Origin: Felis catus
Taxonomy: Eukaryota
NCBI RefSeq assembly: GCF_018350175.1
Contig: NC_058368.1
Location: forward strand, 24,244,001 to 24,308,000
Direction: 5' to 3'
DNA length: 64,000 nucleotides
Part shown: piece by piece, positions 1-12,327 of the stretch
Position numbering within the stretch: the first letter of the stretch is position 1
Layout of the letters: the number at the start of each line of letters is the position of its first letter
Made by a program: the position numbers and the translations under genes
Notes under the pieces: generated by a model
Database searches by the model: none
The model's input: only the letters and a program-made list of their open reading frames with translations
Told to the model about the DNA's origin: nothing

Positions 1-304
1 GCACTCATGTTTCAGAAGCCACTCACTTTTGACTGTAGGAAAATTCAAGGTTGCAATACCACTGCAACCATTAAAAAAAAAAAAAAGTCAACATCTGATT
101 TAGGCAATCATCTTTTGGTGAACCCTCCCAGAATAAACAGAACATTGTAAAACATATCCTGAAAGAAGGCCCAATTAGGGACTCAAGTAATTGTGCCCCA
201 AGGAAGTTTCTTTTGGGGGTTATTGGCCTTAAATTCCTTGTGGAAGTATATAGTAAAGCCAGTTGTTCAATAAAGAACTTCTAGATTATGAGAATAATGT
301 ATTT

Positions 305-490
305 TTATAATGTTTAATTTCTGAGAGACAGCACAAGGGGGGGAAGTGGCAGAGACAGGGAGACACAGAATCTGAAGCAGCTCCAGGCTCTGAGCTGTCA
401 GCACAGAGCCCAACGTGGGGCTGAACTCACAAACCGTGAGATCATGACTTGAGCCAAAGTCGGAGGCTTAACTGAGCCTCCCAGGTGCCC
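305..490 (-). mobile_element. CanSINE (SINEC family)
   Basis: Reverse complement of the GGG(C/T)ACCTGGG...GCTCAG head, CT-rich linker and A tail. Confidence 0.9.
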
Positions 491-616
491 GGAAAATAGT
501 ATATTCGTCAACATACTTTTTTTTTCTATTTTCTCTAAGATATTAAGCTCATCCAGAGTAAGCATTAAAAACACAGGTTTAAAAACATAGGTCTTTCTTC
601 CCCCACCCCCACCCAT

Positions 617-735
617 GATGGGCATAGAGGACGGCACTTACTGGGATGAGCACTGGGTGTTGTATGTAAGCGAACCTGACAATAAATTATATTAAAAATA
701 ATAAAATGGGACGACTAAATAATATAAATAAGTAT
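617..735 (+). mobile_element. Carnivore L1 extreme 3' end fragment
   Basis: gggatgagcactgggtgttgtatgtaagcgaa...gacaataaatt plus A-rich tail is typical of felid L1 3' termini. Confidence 0.75.
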
Positions 736-756
736 TAGAAAAAAATATAGGCCTTA

Positions 757-970
757 GGGGGGTGCCTAGGTGGCTCAGTCAGTTAAGCGGCCAATTTGGG
801 TTGAGGTCTGGTCTCGAGGTTCGTGAGTTCAGCCCCATGTCGGGCTCTGTGCTGATAGTGCAGAGCCTGGAGCCTGCATTGGATTCTGTGTCTCCCTCTC
901 TCTCTCTGCCCTTCCCCTGCTCACTCTCTCTCAAAAATAAGTAAACGCTGAAAAATTTTTTTTATTTTTT
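757..970 (+). mobile_element. CanSINE
   Basis: ggggtgcctaggtggctcagtcagttaag head, (CT)n, aaaaataagtaaa tail; degenerate TSD aaatataggccttagg / aaatataagctttagg. Confidence 0.93.
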
Positions 971-979
971 AAATATAAG

Positions 980-1395
980 CTTTAGGTTCCCTAGGAAGCC
1001 ACACTTGTGTGCAAGAGACACACTTGTGTGCAAGAGAAGGATTGCCTAGAGCTCCAGATCCGTATCTGCAGGGCAGCGAGGGAGGCAGGACAAGGGAGAG
1101 GGAGGAGATTAACTATGGTGTAGTCCCAACAGAGGCCTCAGCAGATGCCATGGAGGCTGTGGTACCAGGATGGTCCCTCAGCATCGTTCAGTCCTGAGGC
1201 AAGGGAGCCAGACTTTTGTAGCCTCACAGCAGACCCCAGGGGAGAGGCATGACTACGGGCAAAATGGCCTCTTTGGTGGAGGTTAATTTTCACAACGAGA
1301 ATCCACTGAGAGCCATCAGTTATCAACACTTCCAGCAACAGGGAAAACGAGTACCTCTGAAGGAGAAGCCGGGCTGCACATCAGTGTTCACCATA
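980..1395. mobile_element. Old ERVL/MaLR-type LTR remnant (family uncertain)
   Basis: Begins ttaggttccctaggaagc, resembling reversed ERVL LTR ends; highly diverged. Confidence 0.35.
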
Positions 1396-2189
1396 GCAGC
1401 CAACCTACAACCCTCTTCCCAACTCAACAGTGTCTGACCTTTAAGAAACCATTCCTACCAAATCTCACCCCCACCCTATTAATACACAAGCTCTGCTTAA
1501 GCACAGTAGCCAAGGCTCTGAGTTTTGCACAAGTATTCATACAGTTGTGAACAACCCCAAAGGCTACTGACAATTATTTTTGCAATATAAATCGTACACC
1601 AAGAAATTCATGGACTGGCTTTGCCATGATTGCAAACCTACCTATTCATGAAGACATGAAGCCTGAGATCAGATTTCTCCAAAAACACAGTAATCCATAA
1701 AACAAAATGTATCATCAGAAAGCTTTAATTTTGTAACAAAGTATTTTTCAATCACACTTGTCTCTGCCTTCTTGAGTAAGATTAAATTAGTATCTCATTG
1801 GACAAAGTAATGAAAAAGGAACTAGAGATTCTTTGTTTCCCCCTGATTCTGCTTTTTAATACAGGCTGTCAATTCATTTATTCTTTCAAAATTCAGTGGG
1901 AGATACCATGCTTAGCCTTGAAGATAGGTAAGAAGTTCACCATTTAATAAAGACAGACATGTGAACAGGTATTTATCAGTCACACGTTTCTTTCAACAAA
2001 CAAATCTAAGCACTATGTGTACAGCCATCAACAAGACAAACCTAGTCTTTGCCTACATGCAATGTGAGACCTGATAAAATAGAAAGCTGAAGGAACCTAC
2101 ATATGGGAGGAGAGCCATGGAAAGCTTGATAACTGTAAGCCAACAACCCAGCCTTTACAGAGCTCTTAAGTTTACACGTGTCTGGTGAT

Positions 2190-2404
2190 TTTTTGTTTGT
2201 TTAGAGAGAGCAAGAGTGCACACGCACAAGCATGCGTACGTACACATTTAGGGGAGGGGGCAGAGAGAGGGAGAGAGAATCCCAAGCAGGCTCCTTACCA
2301 TCAGCACAGAGCCAATGCAGCGTCAAACTCATGAACTGAGAGGTCACGACATGAGCCAAAATCAGGAATCGGATGCTCAACGGACTGAGCCACCCAGGTA
2401 CCCC
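2190..2404 (-). mobile_element. CanSINE (older subfamily)
   Basis: gagagaatcccaagcaggctc...actgagccacccaggtacccc on the + strand. Confidence 0.92.
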
Positions 2405-2409
2405 ATGCC

Positions 2410-2545
2410 TGGTACATTTTAACTCTGACATCAATTATCTAAGGTAGATACGATTTTTCCCTATTTACAGATGAGGCAATTCAGGCACAAAGATGAAGCA
2501 GCTTCTCAAGGTCACACAGGTAGTGAGTGTCAAGAGTGGGATTCA
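2410..2545. mobile_element. MIR fragment
   Basis: Core motif ctatttacagatgaggcaattcaggcacaaag...aaggtcacacaggtagtgagt. Confidence 0.6.
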
Positions 2546-2879
2546 GAGGACTTACCTCTGGAACGGAGCCTTGACAATGGAGTAGGAATTTGCCAGATGG
2601 ATACTAGGAGGGGGGTGGGGAGCATTCCAGACACAGGGAACTGCAAGTACAGATGCTTCGAAAGGATCAAACCTGCAAGTTCACTTGCACTCAGGCTGCC
2701 TATAGAAGGAAACAGGAATCCAGGCCTGGGAAGTGAGAACGGTGGGGGCAGAAGAGACCGGAGTTGTGCCTCACAAGGGAGAGACTGAACGAATGGAAGC
2801 ACAAGTTGATTGGGAGTGAGGTCAATTTTGTTTTAATAAAGTCAACACTAGTATTAATAGAAGCCACGGACATTAACAA

Positions 2880-3075
2880 CATCCTTTAAGCATGTTGGGT
2901 TAATTATTTATATGCACGACCTCCTTTTAGTTTCATTGCCACCTTGAGGGAGGTACTACAATTATCCCATTTTTACAAGGGAGGATACGGAGTCACAAGG
3001 AGGACAGCTGGATTGTCCAGGGCTCTGCTGTTTGAGTCAAGGAGCCGGGATTCAAAACCAAGGAGTCGTGACCCA
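2880..3075. mobile_element. MIR fragment
   Basis: ttgagggaggtactacaattatcccatttttacaagggagga...ggagccgggattcaaaacca. Confidence 0.55.
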
Positions 3076-3799
3076 GAGCCCAGGCTCTCCGCTGCCTGCT
3101 CTAGGTGCTCGGCATCACCCCCCCTCCTTCTCTGAGGAATGCAGAGGGGGAGGAGGGTGGCAGAAAGGGAAAATTCCCACTAAGGAGACGCTCCAGCCCA
3201 GCAAGCTTGTAGGGCATGGGCCGGAGGATAGGACATCTGAGTCCACCCAAGTGGCATTGTGGACAAAGTTCTGGTAGTGAGCACAAACGAAGAGTCTTGC
3301 TAACAGCCAGCTGTCTGAAGAGATTCTGATTCTGTGACTAAGAGAATGGGTGGAGATAAGCACCAAGAAGTGGGCACGGGGTAGGGAGAAAGGTGCAGAG
3401 TCAAGGTCTTCTAGGGCACAGACGAAGGGAGTCGGGCAGCTGAATGTCCAAGTCAAGAGCTGAGAGAAACCATCTGCTAAGAAGGTACAGGTTTGTCCCA
3501 AGATATGTTGAAGGGACCCAAGTGATGGAATGTGTCCAGAGACAATGTGAAGACAATGGACAGAAACCGAGAAAACTGTGCTATTCAGCAAAGACTCCTG
3601 TTTTCTTCTGTAAAAATAAGCAGATAGCGTGTGTATGCATATATACGCTTCTGCGTCTGCCATATAGCTGCTTTCTTTAGAAACTATAGAAGGCGCATTT
3701 TGTTTGGTTTACAAGGAAGGCAGGAGGCCTTCAAAATTCTCTGAGAAACTAACTCTGTCTTCCACATGTGAGATTTTTAATTACTTCTAGGCGGTACAA

Positions 3800-4480
3800 G
3801 TCTGGACAAAGTAAGTTAGTTGAATGGCGTTATGCTTTTAAGAACTAAAAATGCTACAAACGGTTTGAGTATCGCCCAAGAGGTGCTTGGCCACTCTGAG
3901 CCCAAGTCACTGACGTCAGTAGCTGCGCTTCGGGCATAAGCGCTTACGGGCTCTGGACGGAAGCATGGCATGCTTACAGCGCTCCCGGGATATGCCATTT
4001 TCTAGCCTTATTTATGTTAGCTCTTCACCCTAAAAACACCACAGAGCAGCTTACCTGCTTTAGCCATCTGTACAGAAGGCGATTTCTCCCGTTTCTAACA
4101 ATAGAAAACTTCCCAGTGTTAACATGTAGCAAAAAGGAGAAACAAGAGAAAAAGAAAAAAAAAAAAAAGCCTCTTTGGTCCGCCCTCCCTGGCTGTTGCT
4201 ACCTTGCAGTTTATGACATGCAGATAGAGGGAGGTCTGGTGAAGTGAACAAGGCAGCCGGAGAGCTGGTCCATTCCCGTGGAAACCACGAATCCCTGGGC
4301 ACAGGCAGCTCTCCCTACTTTCCTGCGGGATTTCTTTTGTGCGACTTTGAGAGGGGCTCATGAATGATTTCTCAACGTGTGCCTGGCTCAGGCAAGCCGC
4401 ACAGGGAGGGAGTAACCCAGCTGAGTGGGGGCAGAGCCAGCAAACACAGACCGCGCAGCGCTGGAAGTGGTTCTACTCGT
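3800..4480 (+). promoter_or_regulatory. HTR2A promoter region, CpG-enriched, with full CRE
   Basis: Local CpG enrichment at 3870-4000 and 4180-4460, TGACGTCA at 3911-3918, CCGCCC GC box near 4180, directly upstream of the 5' exon. Confidence 0.6.
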
Positions 4481-4482
4481 GC

Positions 4483-4640
4483 ATGCAGTTTTTGAAGTCA
4501 GCAAAACAGAAATCAAATTACTACCCTATTATGCTGGTCGAGGCTCAAGAAGGGACTCTACGCTCGCTTAATTACCATGAGAGATGCGGCAAGTCACAGA
4601 ACAGCAAAGTATGTCTAACGTGGGGACCCTGAAGACAAAT
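4483..4640 (+). other. HTR2A: Upstream 5' exon of HTR2A (3' part only; start of transcription not determinable), containing a uORF at 4483-4632
   Basis: Consensus donor AAAT|GTAAGT at 4640/4641. The ATG at 4483 gives MQFLKSAKQKSNYYPIMLVEAQEG..., matching the recalled human isoform-2 N-terminus encoded by the upstream exon. Confidence 0.8.
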
Positions 4641-5079
4641 GTAAGTTCTCATGCTGCTGTATTTTACTGCCGTGCAATTTCCTTTCTGGCTTGAAATCGT
4701 GCTTGGCCAAAATGTTACCATTTCCATGAGAATTGCTAGCGTGGAAAGTTGTCTGATCTTTGCTTAAGACTTTTTTTTTTCCTTCTTTTATTAACTAAGA
4801 ATAATGCAAATGGAAATTCCCGACAGCAGCTGGGAAATTCCCGACATTCAGCCTCAGACTTAGAACTATAACCCCAACTAGATTCAATTACTATGGGATT
4901 AACACTGGATGTATTTTTAATGGATTTTCTTAATGTAGAATGCCTCCCGCCCCACTGTTTTGGACTGCATGCTATTTTAATACTGCTGTGGCTAAACTAG
5001 TGTGATCAACATAACCAACAGAATGAGATAGAGCTCAGGGAGATTCCTGGTAATCACCAAACTTTTCTTTTCTGGCCAG

Positions 5080-5823
<744 letters not shown>

Positions 5824-7036
5824 TAGTTTCCCAGCTATACCCACCCTGGTAATAGCATGTGCATGTGAGGAGCAGATGAGCTGGGGCTCAAGGGACAAAC
5901 TCAACACCAGGGTTTATTTATAGTCAAGGGTCTACCGTGTCATACTCGTTAAATTTAAAGTGAACTTTCACATATTACACGATCTGACAACCTATTATTG
6001 GAGAGTTCGGGGTTTTGGGACACGTACATTTCATCTAGTAATTTTAAATGCCCCCAAAGAAGTCATAAAGCAGTAATCTGTCCTTCGGAATCCCCTTGAT
6101 TTTCACTTCTGTAGATTCCCAAGTATTCCAGCCTCCGGGACAAAGCACAGTGGTATCTTTGTCACAGTTTTCAGCACTTCTACTGGAGTGGTAAAACCTT
6201 CCCAGTTGCCTTAGAACATGTGCAGAGACAATCTCAGTGGTGCAGCGGGTGTGATGTTAAAATATGCAGAATCTCCTTTAGAATAAATGAATTACTCCAG
6301 TGTCAGTTGTTCCTACCCAGAGAAGCTAATTCGGAAGTGTGCCTCTGAATTATGCCCTCCGCTCTTTAAAAACATAGCCACACCAACTCCTCCCGTCTGG
6401 TTTGGAGGGTAGAAAACAAACGGGAAGACATTAATCCTGCTGTCTCCAACAGTTTCAAAGAGTCAGACCTCTTAGCAAGTCAGCAAACACCGGGACGGCT
6501 TCAGCGGAAAGCAGAATGTGAGGTTTTCAAGTCAGGAGTAACACAGCCGGGTTTCTTTTTAAAACAATATTTAGACTGACATAGGCACACAGTCACTCAG
6601 AGCTGGAAATACATTACGGTCAGTGTAAGAGGGGATTTTTCTGGCCAGGTCTTAGGGGCTATATATGTATCACCCCAGCGCCCAGTCTGGAGGAGGAGGG
6701 AGATGGGCAACGCAGAGCAGGCGCCGGTTTGCACAGGGTCGATAATGCTTCCTTGCAAGGCCAGCCTCCGTTTGGCCACTCAAATGTCACACCGGGATGA
6801 TTTCATTAAATTCGCCGTCATTTCCCAGACAGGCTGCAAAGGTTCTGGCTTCCTCAAACCCCACCCCCTTGGAAGGCGAACTCTGGGAGTTGCGCACGAC
6901 TCCCAGAGGTTCTGTCAGGGAACCAAAACCACAGCGCGGGGGGGGGGGGGTGACCCCAGTGGCAGGTGGGGGGCAGGCACCCGCCAGCTGGGTTAAGAAG
7001 CTAGGACCTGGCCAGGGCCTCCCGCTCGGGATCCAA

Positions 7037-7053
7037 CTGCGCCCCCTGGCGGC
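7037..7053 (-). promoter_or_regulatory. CTCF motif in a CpG-rich intronic patch
   Basis: Minus strand reads GCCGCCAGGGGGCGCAG, matching the CTCF core CCGCNAGGGGGCGC. Confidence 0.65.
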
Positions 7054-7754
7054 GGCCACTCCGCGTGCAGCCTGTTCCAGCAGGCTGCACCTCTCCCCGA
7101 ACCCATCACCGCAGGGTGAGGAAATGCTCCCTCCCTATCCTTGCCTCGGAAACCAGACTAGGCCCGCCCCAACTGCCTCCTCCCTGCAGAGCAAACTCCA
7201 GAGGCAAACATCAGTTCCGACCAGACGAAGCGGGGCTTCCCTCCAGGCACTGCAAATGAAGACGCTCCTGTTTTAGGTTTTCGTTGTTGGTTTTTTCCCC
7301 CCTCCAAATAATCAGAGTGAACAGCATTATGTTAGGCTGGTATCCTGCACCCTTTACTTTCCTAAATATAGGTGATGGCATTTTCACAGAGTCTGTTTGA
7401 GACTGTAGTTCATTCAGCTTTGTCAGTCTGGAATATCGCAAAGAAAGGCAATCTTTAGGACTTGCCTTTTCACAAGCACACAGATGCAACATCACTGCTT
7501 ACACAGCTATCAAAACTAATACAGGTTTACCTGTTTGAACCCCTCTCCAACAAAGACAGGGCACTTCAAATATGCCTTATGGACCCTCCTCCCGCAGAGC
7601 TCTTCATATTGGAATCATCAGGGGCAGATTTGCAACACTTTGTTTGGGGCCCACCTCCACCCACACCCCTAGGCCCCGGGACCCTAGAGAAAAGCTCTCC
7701 AAGCTGATTGCAAGGTGCGGGGGGGGGGGGGGGGGGGCGGGCTGACAACCACTG

Positions 7755-7935
7755 CCGGTAGCAGCTGCTGCCCAAATGTGATCCTTCGACCAGCAGCACC
7801 ACCTGGTGACTTGTTAGAAATGCCTCTTCTGCCCCACTGCAGATTCACGTCATCAGGACCCCCAGGTGGGGTCCGGCAGTACCACTTTAAGACCCCATCT
7901 AGGAAATTCTGAGGCTCCCTCAAGTTTGAGAGCCA
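7755..7935. mobile_element. MER5A-like hAT MITE
   Basis: cagcagcaccacctggtgacttgttagaaatgc...ggaaattctgaggctccctcaagtttgagagccact. Confidence 0.65.
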
Positions 7936-8488
7936 CTTCCCTGAAACAATGGTCAGAGCAAGAACACCATGCTTTTCTGCAGGTTCCCCTACCCACAGGC
8001 ACGTCCCAAACTGGAGTTAAACATCCCCAAATATTATGTGATTACTTTGTCTTTCCAAATAAAAATATTGTCCATCTGGACCTTTTAATCATTTATTCAT
8101 TCACACCAATAGCATTTATCGGGAGACCACCAAATGCAATCACTGTGGAAGACTGAGGGGTTCTAGTGATTCGCAGGTGGGTCGAACCTCCGGGACCCTA
8201 CAACATGTGTAAGAGGTGAACTGAAGGCAGTGCACTACAAGAGGAGCTTCAATAGAGGGGCTCAAAATACATTGAGGCTGCTAGCTCATTAAAGACAATA
8301 AAGGTCGATTCCGTTAGGCAGAGGAGATAGATCAAGAGAAACCCTGAAGACAACCCACGTTAACCACAACACACCCTGGCCTAACTGCAGCCACAAGAAA
8401 TTTCCAAACCTTGTGTTCCTCAGCTAGTCTGGGCTTATTGTAAACACAATTTTTTAAGGCTTTTTAATATATTGAAAATCTGTGGTAA

Positions 8489-8836
<348 letters not shown>

Positions 8837-10959
8837 TGAAAGGACAGGTCACACCTTCCAGAGGGACTGGTCCTGTTTTGTTGCCCTGAAACCTGACACC
8901 CTGAATCTCTGGGTGTTTTCTGCTGTTGTTGTTGCGAGAGAAGGTATAATGTAGTCATTATCAGGTTTGCTTTAGGAAACAAAGTCTATTAACGTCACTA
9001 GCTGACAATGTCAAGCTTTCACAGTTAAGACCATACATACCTACAGTGCCAAAATTAGACCTAACTGTGCCAAAGCCACTTCCAGATGCTTTTTCCCCAT
9101 CTCACACTTTCAAACTCAGTTCTCTACAATTCCCCCGGAGACCTCAGCATTTGTCATCACCAGACTGTGGTCAGTTTAAGACTACAGATCCCCACGCTGA
9201 ACAACACACAGCTTCTGGAAACTGGGGAAAGGTGCTGGATTCTGTAACTCAGAGGCAGAGGACAGAAGACTTGCAGAGGCAGTACTTGCTCAGGGTCAAG
9301 ACGTTTCTGCCTGCCTCATGCCTCTGTAAACCCTGGTCCTGTTATGTCACCACACCCCAGAAGATCTCAACCCCCTTATGTTGATCACACACATTCACCG
9401 CTCACCAGGATTGATGTTCTGTCACACACCCAACAAACAGGAAAGCCCGGTAATGGAAGCCAGGGGGGCAGCTCCCAGGTAACTAAGTCAGTTGCACCTG
9501 TCACCTCAGCAGACTTGGTTTATAACCAGATTCCCCCGGGGTTTACTTTAAAGCTGCAGAACTTCACAGGCAATAACACTGCACCTGCTTATGGTCACAT
9601 GGGTACCAGCATCTACTAACATGAGAGACTATGGGATTTGATAGCAGGCTTGAGTCTACCCCACAGCGTGTAATAGAAATCCTAGTTCATAGCTAACACG
9701 AGGATGGGTTTTTTTTTTTTGAGTTCCCATTGTTTGCCTTGCTGCTACAGATTCCTCTGCAGAATAGGTAACTCCATCTTATGGATGAGGGAAGTAGGGT
9801 TCAACAAGTGAAAAGACTCCTGCACAGCTAGCCAAAAGGACTCCCACAGCTAGCACATAGGACCGTGCCAAATTATGATGGAAATGCTAACAATCTGCAT
9901 GATTTTTTAAGTTGTGTAGAGTCTTCTATTTTCCATTTTAAATTTCCTATTGCAGTTTGAACTAGATAGATCTCATGAAGCTTATTTGATCAATTAGGGA
10001 GCCAGAGCAATGAAAGGTCTTGTGGGCTTGCCAGATCAGCTCTCCAACTAATGGCGGGACTGGGACTCCCACCCTTCTGGCACCAAGCCCTGCACTTACT
10101 GCTGAATGACCACCTTCTTTATAAAACCATATTTGCTTTACCAAAGTTTGTTGTTTCTGCATCTATGCAATCTTAGACTCGTTCTCTTTCAAGGGAAAGA
10201 CTAGTGACTCTCAATCCCAGCTGCACCCCTGGGGAGCACTGTGATTTAATTCTTCTATGGGAGGGTGATTCTAAGAGTACAACTAGGGTTGAGGAGGACT
10301 GAAACAAATAGCAAGAGGTAATTAGCAAAAGTAGGCAATAATGCAAATGAAGTAAACCATGCTATAGTCAAGTTTTACCCTTGTACACTGTCCCATTGGT
10401 GAGACAGACACTAGGAGCACTACCCATCTTTTACCTTCTGCTGTACTAACAGCCCTTGCCCCATCTTAGTCAAGCTCAATAGCACTAGAAGTAAGGGCTG
10501 TTTCTGAGCAAAGACTACCAACCCGGCAACGTTTAAAGCACCTTACAGGAAATCAAGTGCAGAGAGGTTGCACAGGACGACATCACTCCATTCAGCCATC
10601 ACTCCAGGAGGAAGGCAGGCTGCAAAGGTTGTGGGAGTGCTAGTAGGGGTCATCATCAATGAAGCCATGCTTACAGCATAGCTACTATGTGCTTAGCACT
10701 GAATGGACCAAGTTATGTATTTGAAGACCTCCAACAAGGTGGTGGGGGAAGGCAGGTAAGAAGACAAAAATGGAGTTTACCTAGGCTCTATATCGCAGGT
10801 CTGAGATGTAAGGCTGAGTAGAGGACAGTTGGGGGAAAAAATTCTTAAGAACCCAAAGGAGCTTAGCCTAACTTCTGAATTTTCTTGTGTTTCCATTTCT
10901 ATTTTACATTTAGATACTTAGTTGAGATAGAATTTTGTGTATACAAAATAACGGGTTCT

Positions 10960-11245
10960 TTGACTAACTTCACTTAGCATCATACCCTCCAGTTCCATCC
11001 ACGTAGTTGCAAATGGCAAGATTTCATTTCTTTTTGATTGCCCAGAAATACTCCATTGTATATATATATATATATACACCACATCTTCTTTATCCATTCA
11101 TCCATCGATGGACATTTGGGCTCTTTCCATACTTTGGCTATTATGATATTGCTGCTATAAACATGGGGGTGCATGTGTCCTTCGAAACAGCACACCTGTA
11201 TCCCTCGGATAAATGCCTCGTAGCACAATTACTGGGTCGTAGGGT
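10960..11245 (-). mobile_element. Relatively young carnivore L1 internal fragment (end of ORF2 region)
   Basis: Minus-strand ORF ...IAKVWKEPKCPSMDEWIKKMW matches the L1 ORF2 C-terminus; contains (TA)n at 11059-11075. Confidence 0.9.
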
Positions 11246-11299
11246 TCTTGTACCAATGAACATAGCCTTTTCAGCATCTATTGATAGATCAATAAACTG

Positions 11300-12289
11300 A
11301 AGGGGAAAAACTGGTATCTTGTTTTCTTCCTAGATTTGAATTTGAACTGCCCTTGCATTCCTGCAATACATTCCTAAATGAAATTGTTTTTGGAGGACCT
11401 TGTTAGTGAGTTTTTCTTAGATTCTTTTTCTAGCTACAGTAAGTAAATTTGGGGCATTACTCCCTCCTTCCACCATGGTCTTTATTTAAGTAGGAACATT
11501 CTTTAAAAGTTATATAGAATTTAATTCTAAATCTCTCTTCCTGCTACCCTTCCAAATGTTATCTTTAATTGCAACCCTAACCTTTCTTCAGTGGTTATTT
11601 ACATTTTCTACCTTGCTTTGGGTTAGTAATTACAAAGTTAAAATTTTCTTTCATACTGATTATTATTAAATGCAATTCTTGCCTTAACATCAAAGTCAAC
11701 TGATCTTAGTATAGCTATGCCAGTTCCCTTTTGGTTATCATACTCTGGATCTATCTTATTCCATCTTACTACTGTTACTTTTTTGATTTAATAAAGTATA
11801 TTGCTTTTTAAGCAGCAAATAGTTTTCTTTGTAATCCAATCTTTACCTTTTAATTGGAGTATTTACTCCATTTATATTTCGTGTAACCCATATATGCAGT
11901 ATTTGGGTTTAAATTTACCCAGTTATTTTTCTTTGTATCTTCACATTTATTCTAAAAAAATTTTTTTATTAGTTTTCTTTATTTTTGAGAGGCAGAGACA
12001 GAGCATGTGTGGAGGAAGGGCAGAGAGAGAGGGAGACAGAATCGGAAGCAGGCTCCAGACTCCAAGCTGTCAGCACAGAGCCTGATGCAGGGACCAAATT
12101 CACGAACCATGAGATTATGACCTGGGCCAAAGTTGGACGCTCAACCGACTGAGCCACCCAGGCACCCTATCACATTTATTCTATATTCTGGTTTCTATCC
12201 TTGCTTCAGTGGCCTCATCAAGAATTATTCATTCATTATTCCCTTTATAAGCTTGTTATTTCTTTTAAATCCTTTTAGTGATTTAATAT

Positions 12290-12327
<38 letters not shown>

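Noticed and set aside
757..830. tRNA-like A/B box sequences
   Set aside because: These are CanSINE heads, not tRNA genes.
3115..3663. 182-aa antisense ORF upstream of the promoter
   Set aside because: No protein-like signature; compatible with chance.
6787..7276. 159-aa and overlapping ORFs in the GC-rich intronic patch
   Set aside because: Stop-poor because of GC content; no recognisable domain or splice context.
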